NCBI GenBank assembly: GCA_964490075.1
Contig: CAZBBK010000003.1
Location: forward strand, 1-64,000
Direction: 5' to 3'
Origin: an uncultured Gemmatimonadota bacterium
Lineage (GTDB): Bacteria; GCA-2686955
DNA length: 64,000 nt
The notes beneath the pieces are model-generated. The model did no database searches. It was not told the DNA's origin and saw nothing but the letters and a program-made list of their open reading frames with translations. This document shows positions 16,675 to 26,342 of the stretch, piece after piece. Each line of letters opens with the position of its first letter. The stretch's first letter is position 1. The position numbers and the translations under genes were made by a program.

Positions 16675-18885
16675 TTGGCCGTCGCCGCGGCGCTCCTGGC
16701 CGGGCTCTGTGTGCGTGCCCTCTACTGGGGCGAGCTGGCCGAGACCCCGGGCTTCCATGCGCCGCAGAACGATCCGCAGGCCTTCCTGAGCCAGGCGGAA
16801 GGGCTGGCCTGGATCGAGCCTCTGGGCCCCGAAGCACCCTACTTCAAGGCCCCCTTCTACCCCTACCTGCTTGCGGCTCTCTTCCGTCTGGGACTCGATG
16901 CCGGGAGCTGGGCGCGCATCGTGCAGATGGCGCTCGGTCTCGGATCGGCCTTGGTCGGCGCCGCCCTGGCCAGGAGGCTGGGCGGCAGCCCCGGGGCGGC
17001 GGTGGCAACTGCCGCGCTGCTGGCGTGCACGGGGATCTTCGTCTACTTCGAGGGGGAGATCCTGATCACCGCCTGGATCGTGTTCTTCGATCTGGCGGCG
17101 CTCCTGGTGCTGAGCAGGAGAGGTTTCGGGGCTCCGGCGGCGGCGCGGTCGGGAGCCGCCGGAATCCTGCTCGGGATCAGTGCGATCGCCCGGCCGACAG
17201 TGCTGATCTTCGCGGCCTGCGTGGGATTGGGACTTCTGGTCCGCGGGGGGGGCAGGGGCGCGCGCGCGGCGCTCTTCGCTCTCGGGCTCGGCATGGCGAT
17301 CGCCCCGGTGACGCTTCGCAACTGGGTGGTGGGCGACGACCTGGTGCTGATCTCGTCGCAAGGGGGGATCGCCTTCTACACCGGCAACAACGCTGCCTCC
17401 GACGGCATGTTCGGCAGCCCCGCGGGCTTCGAGATCATCGGCGGCAACTGGGAGTTCTTCGAGTGCGTGCGGCGCGCCGAGGAGCGATGCGGACGCTCAT
17501 TGCGGCCCTCGGAGGTGTCGCGCTTCTACCTGGGCGAGGGGCTGCATTTCTGGCTTCGATCGCCGCGCCGGGCGGGCGAGCTGCTGCTCAGGAAGGGCTT
17601 GCTCTTCTGGGGGCGGGCGCGGGTGTCGAACAACCAGGACATCGATCGCGCCCTGCTCGAGCTCACCGGCGGCAAGGCGATCGCGCCCCTTTTCAGCCCA
17701 GCCTGGGACGCGGCACTGATCGCCGTGGGTCTGGCCGGACTGGTGTGGCTCGGCCGGCGAGGATGGTTGCTCTCGTCTTTCGTGGTGGTCTACTCGGCGA
17801 CCGTGGTCTGCTACTTCGTGGCTACCCGCTACCGCGTGCCGGTGCTGGCGGCGTTGGCGCCGGCGGCGGGGATCTTCCTCGCCGATGCGCCACGCGGACC
17901 GATGCGGCGCCTGCTCTTCCCCGTGCTGGTGGGGGCTTTGGCGCTCGGCGTGTTGTGGCCGGACTGGTTCGATCTTCGAGCCACCTCTCCCGCCCAGGCG
18001 CTCTTCGCGCGCGCGGAGTCGCTGCAGCGCCTGGGGCGGACGGCGCAGGCCGTCGAGACCTATTCCTCGGTCCTGTCGATCGATCCCGACTATCCACGGG
18101 CGCGGCTCAATCTGGGGGCGATCGCCATGCAGCGAGGGGAGCAAGGGCAGGCCGAGGCGCACTTCACCGCCGAGCTGCGGCGCAACGCCGGCGATCCCTT
18201 GGCGCTCCACAATCTCGGAGCGCTGCGCCTGGAGCAGCGTCGCCCGGAGGCGGCGATCGCCCTCATTCGCCAGGCGATCGCCGAACAGCCCAACTACATC
18301 CGCGCCCATCGCAGCCTGGCGCGCGCGCTGAGCGCCCAGGGCAGGGGTTCGGAGGCGCTGGCGGTGCTGGATCGGGCCCTGGAGATCTGCGCGGTTCCGG
18401 TGGAGTACCGCCCCGACGAGGCCGGTGTCCGCTCGGACCGCGCGGCCTTGCTCGCGGCCGCCGGCCGACTGGGCGAAGCGGAGCAGGAGTACCGCCGGGC
18501 GCTCGACTTGAATCCGCGCCGGATCGAGCCGAGGATGGGCCTCGGCAGCGTGCTCGGCAGGCTCGGGCGGCCGCGAGAGGCCGAGTCGATGCTGCTGCAG
18601 GTGCTGGCGCAGGAGCCCGAGCGGCTCGAGGCGCAGGTCGACCTCGGCAACGTGCTGGTGGCACTGGGTCGCGGCCCGGAGGCCGAGGCCCGTTTCCGCC
18701 GCGCCGCCGAGCTCGACCCGCTGCGGCCCGAGCCCTGGTTCGCGCTGGCGCATCTGGCGCTGCGCGAGGGTCGCGTGGCGCGCGCCCGAGACCTGCTGGA
18801 GGAGTGCCTGAGACGCTCACCCGAATTCGAGCCGGCGCGGCGAGCCCTTGACCGGCTCCCCGGATCCCAGGTTCCGCGCCCCTGA
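16675..18885 (+). CDS. GT-C (ArnT/PMT, GT39/83-like) glycosyltransferase fused to TPR repeats; start uncertain (frame open from 16549)
   Basis: D.......A, P.YPY.LA, ARP, RNW, GGIAFYTGNN, RYRVP; C-terminal TPR array. Confidence 0.85.
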   Translation: MAVAAALLAGLCVRALYWGELAETPGFHAPQNDPQAFLSQAEGLAWIEPLGPEAPYFKAPFYPYLLAALFRLGLDAGSWARIVQMALGLGSALVGAALARRLGGSPGAAVATAALLACTGIFVYFEGEILITAWIVFFDLAALLVLSRRGFGAPAAARSGAAGILLGISAIARPTVLIFAACVGLGLLVRGGGRGARAALFALGLGMAIAPVTLRNWVVGDDLVLISSQGGIAFYTGNNAASDGMFGSPAGFEIIGGNWEFFECVRRAEERCGRSLRPSEVSRFYLGEGLHFWLRSPRRAGELLLRKGLLFWGRARVSNNQDIDRALLELTGGKAIAPLFSPAWDAALIAVGLAGLVWLGRRGWLLSSFVVVYSATVVCYFVATRYRVPVLAALAPAAGIFLADAPRGPMRRLLFPVLVGALALGVLWPDWFDLRATSPAQALFARAESLQRLGRTAQAVETYSSVLSIDPDYPRARLNLGAIAMQRGEQGQAEAHFTAELRRNAGDPLALHNLGALRLEQRRPEAAIALIRQAIAEQPNYIRAHRSLARALSAQGRGSEALAVLDRALEICAVPVEYRPDEAGVRSDRAALLAAAGRLGEAEQEYRRALDLNPRRIEPRMGLGSVLGRLGRPREAESMLLQVLAQEPERLEAQVDLGNVLVALGRGPEAEARFRRAAELDPLRPEPWFALAHLALREGRVARARDLLEECLRRSPEFEPARRALDRLPGSQVPRP

Positions 18886-18905
18886 TCCGCGATAGAGTCC
18901 CAGCC

Positions 18906-20696
18906 ATGCCGCACACAGTCCTCGGAATCAACCTCAGCCACACCGGCGCCGCTTGTCTCCTGGTGGACGGGCGCATCCGCGCGGCGGTCGCCGAGGAGCG
19001 CCTGTCGCGGATCAAGGGCGATGCCGGCTTTCCCTGGCGGTCGATCGAGTTCGTGCTGCGCGATGCCGGCATCGAGAGGGGGGAGGTCGATGCGCTGGCG
19101 GTGGGCACCCTTTGCGAGCGCTTCGTGCCGACCCTGGCGCAGAGCGCCGAGTATCGGCCGAGCATTCGCGCGGTGGCGCAGGCATCGCGCTGGGTCCCGC
19201 TCTCGCTGCTAGGTTCCGGGAGCGTTCGGCGGACCTACCGAGCTGCGCTCGGAGCTCTGCGCCGCGCCGAGACCCGGCGCGATCATTTGCCCTGGCTCGC
19301 GGAGCTCGGCATCCGGCCCAAGAGGGTCTTGCACCTCGAGCACCACGAGTGCCACGCGGCCGCCGCCTACCACCTGCGACCCTTCGCGGGCGGCGCGGTG
19401 GTGCTGACTTGCGACGGGCTGGGGGACGGTCTGGCGGCCACCGTCGCGCTCGGCTCGGGAGCGACTCTGCGTCGCATCGCCTCGACTTCGAGCGTCCATT
19501 CACTGGGCTCGATGTACAGCCGGGTGACCCGAGCGCTCGGCTTCAAGCCCTGGGAGCACGAGGGCAAGGTGATGGGACTGGCCCCTTACGCGGACCGCGA
19601 CCGGGCCGCGGACCTGGCAGGCGATTTCGAGCGCTTTCTGGAGCTGCGCGGGCTCGAGTTCCGCAACCGCCAGGGGCTGATCGGCGACGCCTTCCTGCAG
19701 CACGTCTCGCGACGCTACGGCACCCGGCGCTTCGATGACCTGGCTCATGCGATTCAGCACCTGGCGGAGCTGCGGGTGCGGGAGTGGGCCGAAAACGCGG
19801 TACGGAGCACCGGTGTGCGCCGCGTCTGCGCGGCCGGTGGGGTCTTTCTCAACGTCAAGGCGAACGCCGCGCTGGCCGACTCGCCGTGGATCGACGAGGT
19901 CTTCTTCTTCCCCGCGCCGGGGGACGAATCGGTGGCGATCGGTGCCGCGCTGCTCGCCCACCAGAAGCTGGTGTCCTCGCGGCCGGAGCGCGAGACGCTG
20001 GGATCCACCTACTGGGGTCCCGACGCCGAGCGGGGGCTCGACCGGCTGCTCGAATCGGTCGCCGGAGGGCGCTACGAGATCACCCGACACGGCGCGGGGA
20101 TCGCCGCACAGGTCGCGGGTCTGCTCGCGGAGGGCGAGATCGTCGCCCGGGTGAGCGGGCGCCTGGAGTTCGGCCCGCGGGCGCTGGGCAATCGCTCGCT
20201 CCTGGCCGATCCTTCGCGCCTCGAGGTGGTCGGCGAGCTCAATCGCGCGGTCAAGAATCGCGATCATTGGATGCCCTTCGCACCGGCGATCCTGGAGGAG
20301 CATGCCGGTCGCTATCTGCACAATCCGAAAGGGCTCGACTCGCCTCATATGATGCTCAGCTTCGGCACCCGTCCTGACGCCCGACAGGAGATCGCGGCGG
20401 CACTGCATCCGGCCGATTTCAGCGCCCGCCCGCAGATCGTGCACGCCGCTTCGAATCCCGGATTCCACCACCTGCTCCGGGAGTTCCAGCGCCTGCGCGG
20501 GATCGGTGCGCTGCTCAATACCTCGTTCAACCTGCACGGCAAGCCGATGGTCGGCAGCGCCGCCGATGCACTCGAGGTGCTGGACCGATCGCGATTGCGG
20601 CACCTGGTCATCGGCGACACCTTGTTCACGCGGCGCGGAGGGACCGATCGCAGGAGCGCCGATCGAGAGCCGGTTCTGGACCAGGTGGTCGGCTAG
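18906..20696 (+). CDS. O-carbamoyltransferase (NodU/CmcH/TobZ family)
   Basis: AEERLSRIK, HHECHAA, EGKVMGLAPY, GGVFLNVKAN, EFGPRALGNRS, LLNTSFNLHG. Confidence 0.95.
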   Translation: MPHTVLGINLSHTGAACLLVDGRIRAAVAEERLSRIKGDAGFPWRSIEFVLRDAGIERGEVDALAVGTLCERFVPTLAQSAEYRPSIRAVAQASRWVPLSLLGSGSVRRTYRAALGALRRAETRRDHLPWLAELGIRPKRVLHLEHHECHAAAAYHLRPFAGGAVVLTCDGLGDGLAATVALGSGATLRRIASTSSVHSLGSMYSRVTRALGFKPWEHEGKVMGLAPYADRDRAADLAGDFERFLELRGLEFRNRQGLIGDAFLQHVSRRYGTRRFDDLAHAIQHLAELRVREWAENAVRSTGVRRVCAAGGVFLNVKANAALADSPWIDEVFFFPAPGDESVAIGAALLAHQKLVSSRPERETLGSTYWGPDAERGLDRLLESVAGGRYEITRHGAGIAAQVAGLLAEGEIVARVSGRLEFGPRALGNRSLLADPSRLEVVGELNRAVKNRDHWMPFAPAILEEHAGRYLHNPKGLDSPHMMLSFGTRPDARQEIAAALHPADFSARPQIVHAASNPGFHHLLREFQRLRGIGALLNTSFNLHGKPMVGSAADALEVLDRSRLRHLVIGDTLFTRRGGTDRRSADREPVLDQVVG

Positions 20697-20708
20697 GAGT
20701 ACGCCGTC

Positions 20709-22268
20709 TTGAAGGTCCTGCTCGCCAATCCGATGACGCGCGAGAGCATCACCAAGGAGGGGCGGGTCATCATCCCCCTGGACGTGACCTTCGAGCCTTA
20801 TCGATTCCCGCTCTCGCTCTGTCTCGCCGCGGCGGCGATCCGGCGCGAGTGCCCGGACGCGGCGGTGCGGGTGGTGGACGGACCGGCGGAGGGGGTCGGG
20901 CACCCGGGCTTCGCGGCGCTGCTCGCCGCACTGCGTCCCGATCTGACCATCGTCAACGTCGCCAGTCCCACTCTCGAGCTCGATCTCGCGGTCGCGAGGT
21001 CCGCGGCAGCGATCGGCAGCCGCGTGGCGCTCTTCGGCCAGCATGCGCAGGCCTTCGCCGCGCACCTGCTGCGATCGGCGCCGGAGGCCGACTGCTGCGT
21101 GGTGGGTGAGCCGGAGCCGACGCTCGCGGAGCTGGCGGCGGCGATCGCCGCGGGCCGGCCGCTCTCGACGGTGCCGGGGCTCGTCCATCGAGACGCGGCC
21201 GGGGCGCATGCGAGGAGCGCGGAGCGGCCGGCGCTGGAGTCGATCGATGCGCTGTCGTGGCCGGCCCGCGACCTGGTCGACTCCGATCGCTATCGCCTGC
21301 CGGACGGCGAGCGCTACACGCTGATCCTGGCGGGCCGCGGCTGCCCCTTCGACTGCCCTTTTTGCCTCGCGCCCGGCTTGCACGGCCGGCGCGCGCGCCT
21401 GCGTCGGCCCCAGGCGCTGGTCGAGGAGCTGCGGACGGTGGTGCGCGAGACTCCGATCCGCTCCTTTCTGTTCCAGGCCGACCTCTTCACCGCCAACCGT
21501 GCCTGGGTGCTGGAGCTTTGCGAGCTGCTGATCCGATCCGCCCCCCCGGTCCGTTGGATCTGCAACACCCGCGTCGACACGCTCGACGAGGAGATGCTCC
21601 GGCGGATGCGTCGCGCCGGGCTCTTCATGATCAGCTTCGGGCTCGAGTCGGGCGATCCGCGGATGCTCGAGATCCTCGGCAAGGGGCGGGTCGGCGTGGA
21701 GCGGATCCGCGCGGTGGTCGAATGCTGCCGCGAGCTGGGCATCAAGAGCAACGGCAGCTTCGTGGTCGGACATCCCGGCGAGACCCGCGAATCGCTGGCC
21801 CGGACCCGGGAGCTGATCCTCTCGCTGCCCTTGGACATGGCGGTGCTGATGTGCAGCACCCCCCATCCGGGCACACCGCTCTTCGATCGGCTCGCCGCCA
21901 CGCGGAGCTTCCTGAGCGATGACTTCGAGGACTACAGCTTCAATCGCTATGTGATTGGCGGGACCGGGCTGGACCCGGGCGAGGTGCAGGCCTACATCCG
22001 CTCCCTGCGGCGGGATTTCTACTTTTCGCCCGGCTATGCGCGGCGCCGGCTCGCGGACCTGCGGGAGCCCTTGCGCTTCTTCCGCAGCGCGGGCTTCGCC
22101 CTGCAGCGCCTGTCCTACGGCGGCGTGCGGGCGTTGGGGGAGCGAAGGCGCGGACGCGGGGAGGCCGGCGTGCTCGAGCCGGTTGCGGCACGGATCAACC
22201 CCCGCGCGCGGCGCTCGGCGCCCAGCCGGCCGCACGCCGAGGGGGTGGGCGCGGAGCGTGGCTCGTGA
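20709..22268 (+). CDS. Cobalamin-dependent radical SAM protein
   Basis: N-terminal B12-binding-like domain (G.H, GEPE), GRGCPFDCPFC, FGLESG, GHPGET, PHPGTPL. Confidence 0.92.
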   Translation: MKVLLANPMTRESITKEGRVIIPLDVTFEPYRFPLSLCLAAAAIRRECPDAAVRVVDGPAEGVGHPGFAALLAALRPDLTIVNVASPTLELDLAVARSAAAIGSRVALFGQHAQAFAAHLLRSAPEADCCVVGEPEPTLAELAAAIAAGRPLSTVPGLVHRDAAGAHARSAERPALESIDALSWPARDLVDSDRYRLPDGERYTLILAGRGCPFDCPFCLAPGLHGRRARLRRPQALVEELRTVVRETPIRSFLFQADLFTANRAWVLELCELLIRSAPPVRWICNTRVDTLDEEMLRRMRRAGLFMISFGLESGDPRMLEILGKGRVGVERIRAVVECCRELGIKSNGSFVVGHPGETRESLARTRELILSLPLDMAVLMCSTPHPGTPLFDRLAATRSFLSDDFEDYSFNRYVIGGTGLDPGEVQAYIRSLRRDFYFSPGYARRRLADLREPLRFFRSAGFALQRLSYGGVRALGERRRGRGEAGVLEPVAARINPRARRSAPSRPHAEGVGAERGS

Positions 22269-23383
22269 GGACGGGATCGATGGCGGGGCGATGGCTGCGG
22301 GGGCAGGCACCGGGGCCTCGGGTTGCTTATCTGGTCTACTTCGCCAACACCCGTTGCGAGCAGGATTGCACCATGTGCTTCGTGCGGCCGGAGGCGGATG
22401 ACGCGCTCTTGACGCAAGCGGAGCTGCGGCGCGTCGGCGGCGGGCTGCGGCATCTCCTGCAGCTCACGGTGACCGGTGGCGAGCCCTCGCTGCGTCCCGA
22501 TCTGGTGGCCGCGGTCACCGCCCTTGCGGGAGCTGCCGGTGTCCCCTTGGTGTCGCTGCACAGCAACGGATTCGCTCCACAGCGAGTGGAGCGCTGCGTG
22601 CGCGGCATCGTGGCCGGCTTGCCGGCCAGTGTGGTGTCGGTGCGGCTCTCTCTCGACGCGGTCGGGGCGCGTCACGACCAGATCCGGCGCCGCGGGGGCT
22701 CCTGGGAGCGCGCCCTGGAGAGCCTGGAGCGGCTCGAGATGTTGCGATCGCGGGAGCCGCGGCTGCGACTCTTCGTCGACGTCTGCCTCTCGGCGCACAA
22801 CCGGGACCAGATGCGGGAGCTGGGAGCCTTCTTGCACTCTCGGGCCGCGGCGCTGGACGGCTGGGAGCTGCTGCTGCAGCGCGGCAGCCCGCGGGATCCG
22901 GGGGCCGCCGCCGATCCCGCCTGGTTCCGGCGGGCGTGGGCGGAGCTGGGGCCCGGCCCGACGGCGTCCGCGCGCGGCGAGACGCTGCGCTCGCTGCCTG
23001 AAGCCGCCCGACAGGCGCTCTACCGGCGGCGGGCCGACGCCGCCCAGGGGGCGATGGGCCCCCCAGGCTGCGTGGGGGGGAAGCGCTTCGCGGTGCTCGG
23101 CGCGACCGGGGAGGTGCTGCCCTGCGAGACCCTGGGCGGGGCGGGAGATCTCGGCAACGTGCGCGACCACGGCCTCGATCTGGAGCGGGTGCTGCGCGGT
23201 GCGCCGGCGCGCAGGGTGCGGCGCGGCATCGCGCGCGGCGATTGTGCGCCGGGATGCAGCGAGGAATGCCCGGCGCTGGCCACCGCCCTGCTCCGCTCCG
23301 GGGGCCTGGCGACGACCTGGTGGGGCGCGATTCGGGCACGGCCGGGCCCGGCGCCGGCCGGCGCGCGGAGCGCGGCGTCGTGA
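22265..23383 (+). CDS. Radical SAM protein with a SPASM/Twitch-like C-terminus
   Basis: CEQDCTMC, TGGEP, SNG, SLD, C.GG......GEVLPCE, CAPGCSEEC. Confidence 0.88.
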   Translation: MRTGSMAGRWLRGQAPGPRVAYLVYFANTRCEQDCTMCFVRPEADDALLTQAELRRVGGGLRHLLQLTVTGGEPSLRPDLVAAVTALAGAAGVPLVSLHSNGFAPQRVERCVRGIVAGLPASVVSVRLSLDAVGARHDQIRRRGGSWERALESLERLEMLRSREPRLRLFVDVCLSAHNRDQMRELGAFLHSRAAALDGWELLLQRGSPRDPGAAADPAWFRRAWAELGPGPTASARGETLRSLPEAARQALYRRRADAAQGAMGPPGCVGGKRFAVLGATGEVLPCETLGGAGDLGNVRDHGLDLERVLRGAPARRVRRGIARGDCAPGCSEECPALATALLRSGGLATTWWGAIRARPGPAPAGARSAAS

Positions 23384-24435
23384 CCGAGCAGACTGCCACC
23401 GGCCGGCGCTCCGACGCGGAGCCGGAGCTGGCGATCGTGGTTCCGGTGCACAATGCCGCCGCCACTCTGCCCGCCTTGCTCGATGCGCTGGGCGCGCTCG
23501 ATCCTCGGGCCGCCGAGATCGTCTTCGTGGACGACGCCTCGACCGATCGATCGGCCGCGCTGATCGCCGCGCGCGGCCATCGCGTGGTGACGCGCGCTGT
23601 GCGCGGCGGGGCCGCGGCGGCCCGCAACCTGGGTGTGGCCGCGAGCGACGCGGCGCGGATCCTCTTCCTCGACGCCGACACCGCGCCTCCGACCGACGCC
23701 CTCGAGCGCGTGCAGCGCGGCCTGGCGACTCCCGGTGTGGTGGCGCTGGTGGGGGTCTACCGGCGGCGGCCGCTCAACCAGGGGTTCTGGCCGCGCTACA
23801 AGGCGCTGCAGGCGGAGTTCTACCACCGTTTCCACCCGGTGACCGAGATCTCCTGGCTGTGGGGCGCGATGGCGGCGGTGCGACGCGACGCCTTCGAGCG
23901 GGCCGGCGGCTTCGACGAGCGCTACCGGGGCGCTGACCTGGAAGATGTGGAGCTGGGGCGTCGGTTGGCCGCGTTCGGGCGCATTTTGCTCGACCGAGGC
24001 TTCGTGGTCGGCCATCACTTCGCGCCGACTTTGAGCGCCAACGTGCGCAACCACTTCCAGCGCGGCCGCCACTGGATGCGCCTCTATGGCAGCGGGAGTG
24101 GGTTCGACAACTACTTGACGACCAGGAAGATGGCGCTCTCGCGCCTGGCCGGGGCGGCACTGCCGGCGGCGCTGCTGGCGGCGCTGGCGCTAGGCGGATG
24201 GCTGCCCTGGCTGCTCACCCTCGGCGCTCTCGCGGCCTACGCCGCGCCGAGCTGGGGCCTGCTGGTCCTGGGCTGGCGGGCCGGAGGCGCCGCCTTCACC
24301 CTCGCCATTTTGGCGGCTGAGCTGCTGCTTTCTTGGGTGCTGATCGGTGCCGGCGCGAGTGTGGCGCTCGAAGCGCTCAGCGGATTCGCAGGCGCTGCCC
24401 GCGGAAGATCCGATTCGGATTGCCGATCCCGTTGA
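23380..24435 (+). CDS. Glycosyltransferase family 2 with C-terminal TM helices
   Basis: IVVPVHN, VDDASTD, ARNLG, FLDAD, GGFDE...EDVELG; GTGA overlap with the upstream stop. Confidence 0.9.
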   Translation: MTEQTATGRRSDAEPELAIVVPVHNAAATLPALLDALGALDPRAAEIVFVDDASTDRSAALIAARGHRVVTRAVRGGAAAARNLGVAASDAARILFLDADTAPPTDALERVQRGLATPGVVALVGVYRRRPLNQGFWPRYKALQAEFYHRFHPVTEISWLWGAMAAVRRDAFERAGGFDERYRGADLEDVELGRRLAAFGRILLDRGFVVGHHFAPTLSANVRNHFQRGRHWMRLYGSGSGFDNYLTTRKMALSRLAGAALPAALLAALALGGWLPWLLTLGALAAYAAPSWGLLVLGWRAGGAAFTLAILAAELLLSWVLIGAGASVALEALSGFAGAARGRSDSDCRSR

Positions 24436-25585
24436 GCTCGCTCAGACGGCGCACGTCGGTGCCGTAGCGCGCCGCGATGGAAGAGAGACTCTCGCCGCCG
24501 CGGACCGTGTGGTAGCGCTGCGGGATCTGCGAGGCGTGGCGCTGCTGCGCCGGAATCGCCGCGCAGGCGGCGCGCAGGGAAGCGCCGTAGCCGGGCGGGA
24601 CCCGCAGCAGGTAGCCGGGCGCGGCACGCGCCCTGCCACGATAGAAATCCTCGGATAGCGCGGGGTTGAGCGCGCGCAGCAGCTCCGCGCGCAGACCCAG
24701 GTGCTCTTCGATGGCTTCGACGGCGAGGTAGGCGGGCAGCGGAATCGAATCGAATCGCGCGGGCGGATCGAGCTCGATCGTCCCGAAGTAGCGCTCCGGA
24801 TCGAGCGCCACGCGCCGCGCCGCCAGGAACTCCGCGTAGAAGTTCTTCGACGCGAACCCGAAGCTGCGGCTGCGATAGTGATCCACCACCAGATCGAATC
24901 GATCCTCCCCGAAGCGGTCGCGGGCACGCCGCATTCCCGCCACCCCGTGGTTGTAGGCGGTGAGTGCCAGGGGCCAGCTGCCCAGAGCGTCCAGGTTGTC
25001 GCTCAGATGGCGGGCCGCGGCGTGGGTGGCGGCCATCGGGTCGCGGCGCTCGTCGACGCCGCGATCGATGCGCAGATAGTAGCGCCCGGTCCCGCGCGAC
25101 CATTGCCAGATTCCGATGCAAGCCGCGCTCGAATGCGCGTCGTTCTGAAACGACGATTCGACATGCGGCAGGTAGGCCAGGTCGGCCGGCAGCCCGCGCG
25201 CCGCGAAGATGGCGCGCATCTCGTCGAGATACGCACCCGAGCGCCGAATCCCCTCGGCGAATCGCTCCCGCAACCCGGCCTGGAAGCGCGCCTCCTCGCC
25301 CGCCGGGCTGCGACGCTGGGCCTGGCGAATCAGGCTCTTCTGGTCACGCCGCTGCGGATCGAAGGGCCGGTCGAGCTGCACGACTTCGTAGACGACCCAG
25401 GGCTGGCGACGATCGTGAATCAGCACCTGCTCGCTCGAGTAGCGGGTGAAGACATCGACCCAGAATTCGATCCGAGGCTCGAAACCGGGTGGGATGGGGA
25501 AGGGGTCGGGAGAGGCGCCGGTGGCGGGCAGCGCGGGTCGACTCGATAGCAGCAAGAGAGCGAGGAGCGCGGGTCCGGTCTTCAC
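24377..25585 (-). CDS. Lytic transglycosylase (SLT, MltD-like) with a LysM domain
   Basis: [30 protein letters not shown]-terminal [17 protein letters not shown]ysM. Confidence 0.9.
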   Translation of the reverse strand: MKTGPALLALLLLSSRPALPATGASPDPFPIPPGFEPRIEFWVDVFTRYSSEQVLIHDRRQPWVVYEVVQLDRPFDPQRRDQKSLIRQAQRRSPAGEEARFQAGLRERFAEGIRRSGAYLDEMRAIFAARGLPADLAYLPHVESSFQNDAHSSAACIGIWQWSRGTGRYYLRIDRGVDERRDPMAATHAAARHLSDNLDALGSWPLALTAYNHGVAGMRRARDRFGEDRFDLVVDHYRSRSFGFASKNFYAEFLAARRVALDPERYFGTIELDPPARFDSIPLPAYLAVEAIEEHLGLRAELLRALNPALSEDFYRGRARAAPGYLLRVPPGYGASLRAACAAIPAQQRHASQIPQRYHTVRGGESLSSIAARYGTDVRRLSELNGIGNPNRIFRGQRLRIR

Positions 25586-25677
25586 GGAGCGGGGACCTTC
25601 GGTTGGGGTGCCGAGATTGTCGGGTTCCTACTCCTCAAGATCGGTCATCGATGGCGTTCGCAATACTCGATTCAGAG

Positions 25678-26280
25678 CTAACGCTCCCGCTCGAACCGCC
25701 ATTGGGCACGCTTCGAGTCGAGCTCGCGGCCGACCCGGTCGTAGGCCAGCGAGAGTCCGTAGTGCGCGGGGGCGTAGGTCTCGTCCTTCTCGACGACCCC
25801 CTCGAAGAGCTCGATGGCGTCGTTCCAGCGCTCCTGCTCAAGCGCGATCAGCCCCAGGTTGTGCTCCACGTCGACGTCGGGACCGAACTCTTCGAGGACC
25901 TCTTCGAAGAGGCGGTGCGCGTCGTTCGTGTAGCCCTGCTCCCGGTAGACCACCGCCAGGTTGTTGAGCGGGGTCGGATCGTCGGGCGCTTCCGCGATAG
26001 CGAGCCGGTAGGCCTCTTCGGCCGCTTCGAGCCGCTCCATGGCGAGATAGGTGTCGCCGGTCAGCAGGTGGAGCCTTTCGGCCTCCGGGTCGAGCTCGCG
26101 CGCCTCGCGCAGCAGGACGTGGGCCTTCATCGGGTCGCCCACGGAGAGCTCGTAACTTGCCTCGGCGATCTTCTCGCCCGCCAGGAGTGGATCATGGGTC
26201 TTGCCCGCCCCACATGCCGCCAGGAAGAAGGCCGTCACGCCGAGCGCGGCGGGCGTGAAGCTGTGCTTGGATTGCCTCAA
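25678..26280 (-). CDS. TPR lipoprotein
   Basis: GGAGG RBS before TTG; lipobox FLAAC; TPR units. Confidence 0.85.
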   Translation of the reverse strand: MRQSKHSFTPAALGVTAFFLAACGAGKTHDPLLAGEKIAEASYELSVGDPMKAHVLLREARELDPEAERLHLLTGDTYLAMERLEAAEEAYRLAIAEAPDDPTPLNNLAVVYREQGYTNDAHRLFEEVLEEFGPDVDVEHNLGLIALEQERWNDAIELFEGVVEKDETYAPAHYGLSLAYDRVGRELDSKRAQWRFERER

Positions 26281-26342
26281 AAGTCCTCCAAATCGATGCG
26301 CCGGGGGGTGCGCATGAGTCTAGCGTTTCTGGGCCGCGCAGT

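Noticed and set aside
22265..23383. RiPP maturase role for the SPASM-like radical SAM enzyme
   Set aside because: No adjacent precursor peptide, RRE domain or transporter; the context is sugar-modifying.
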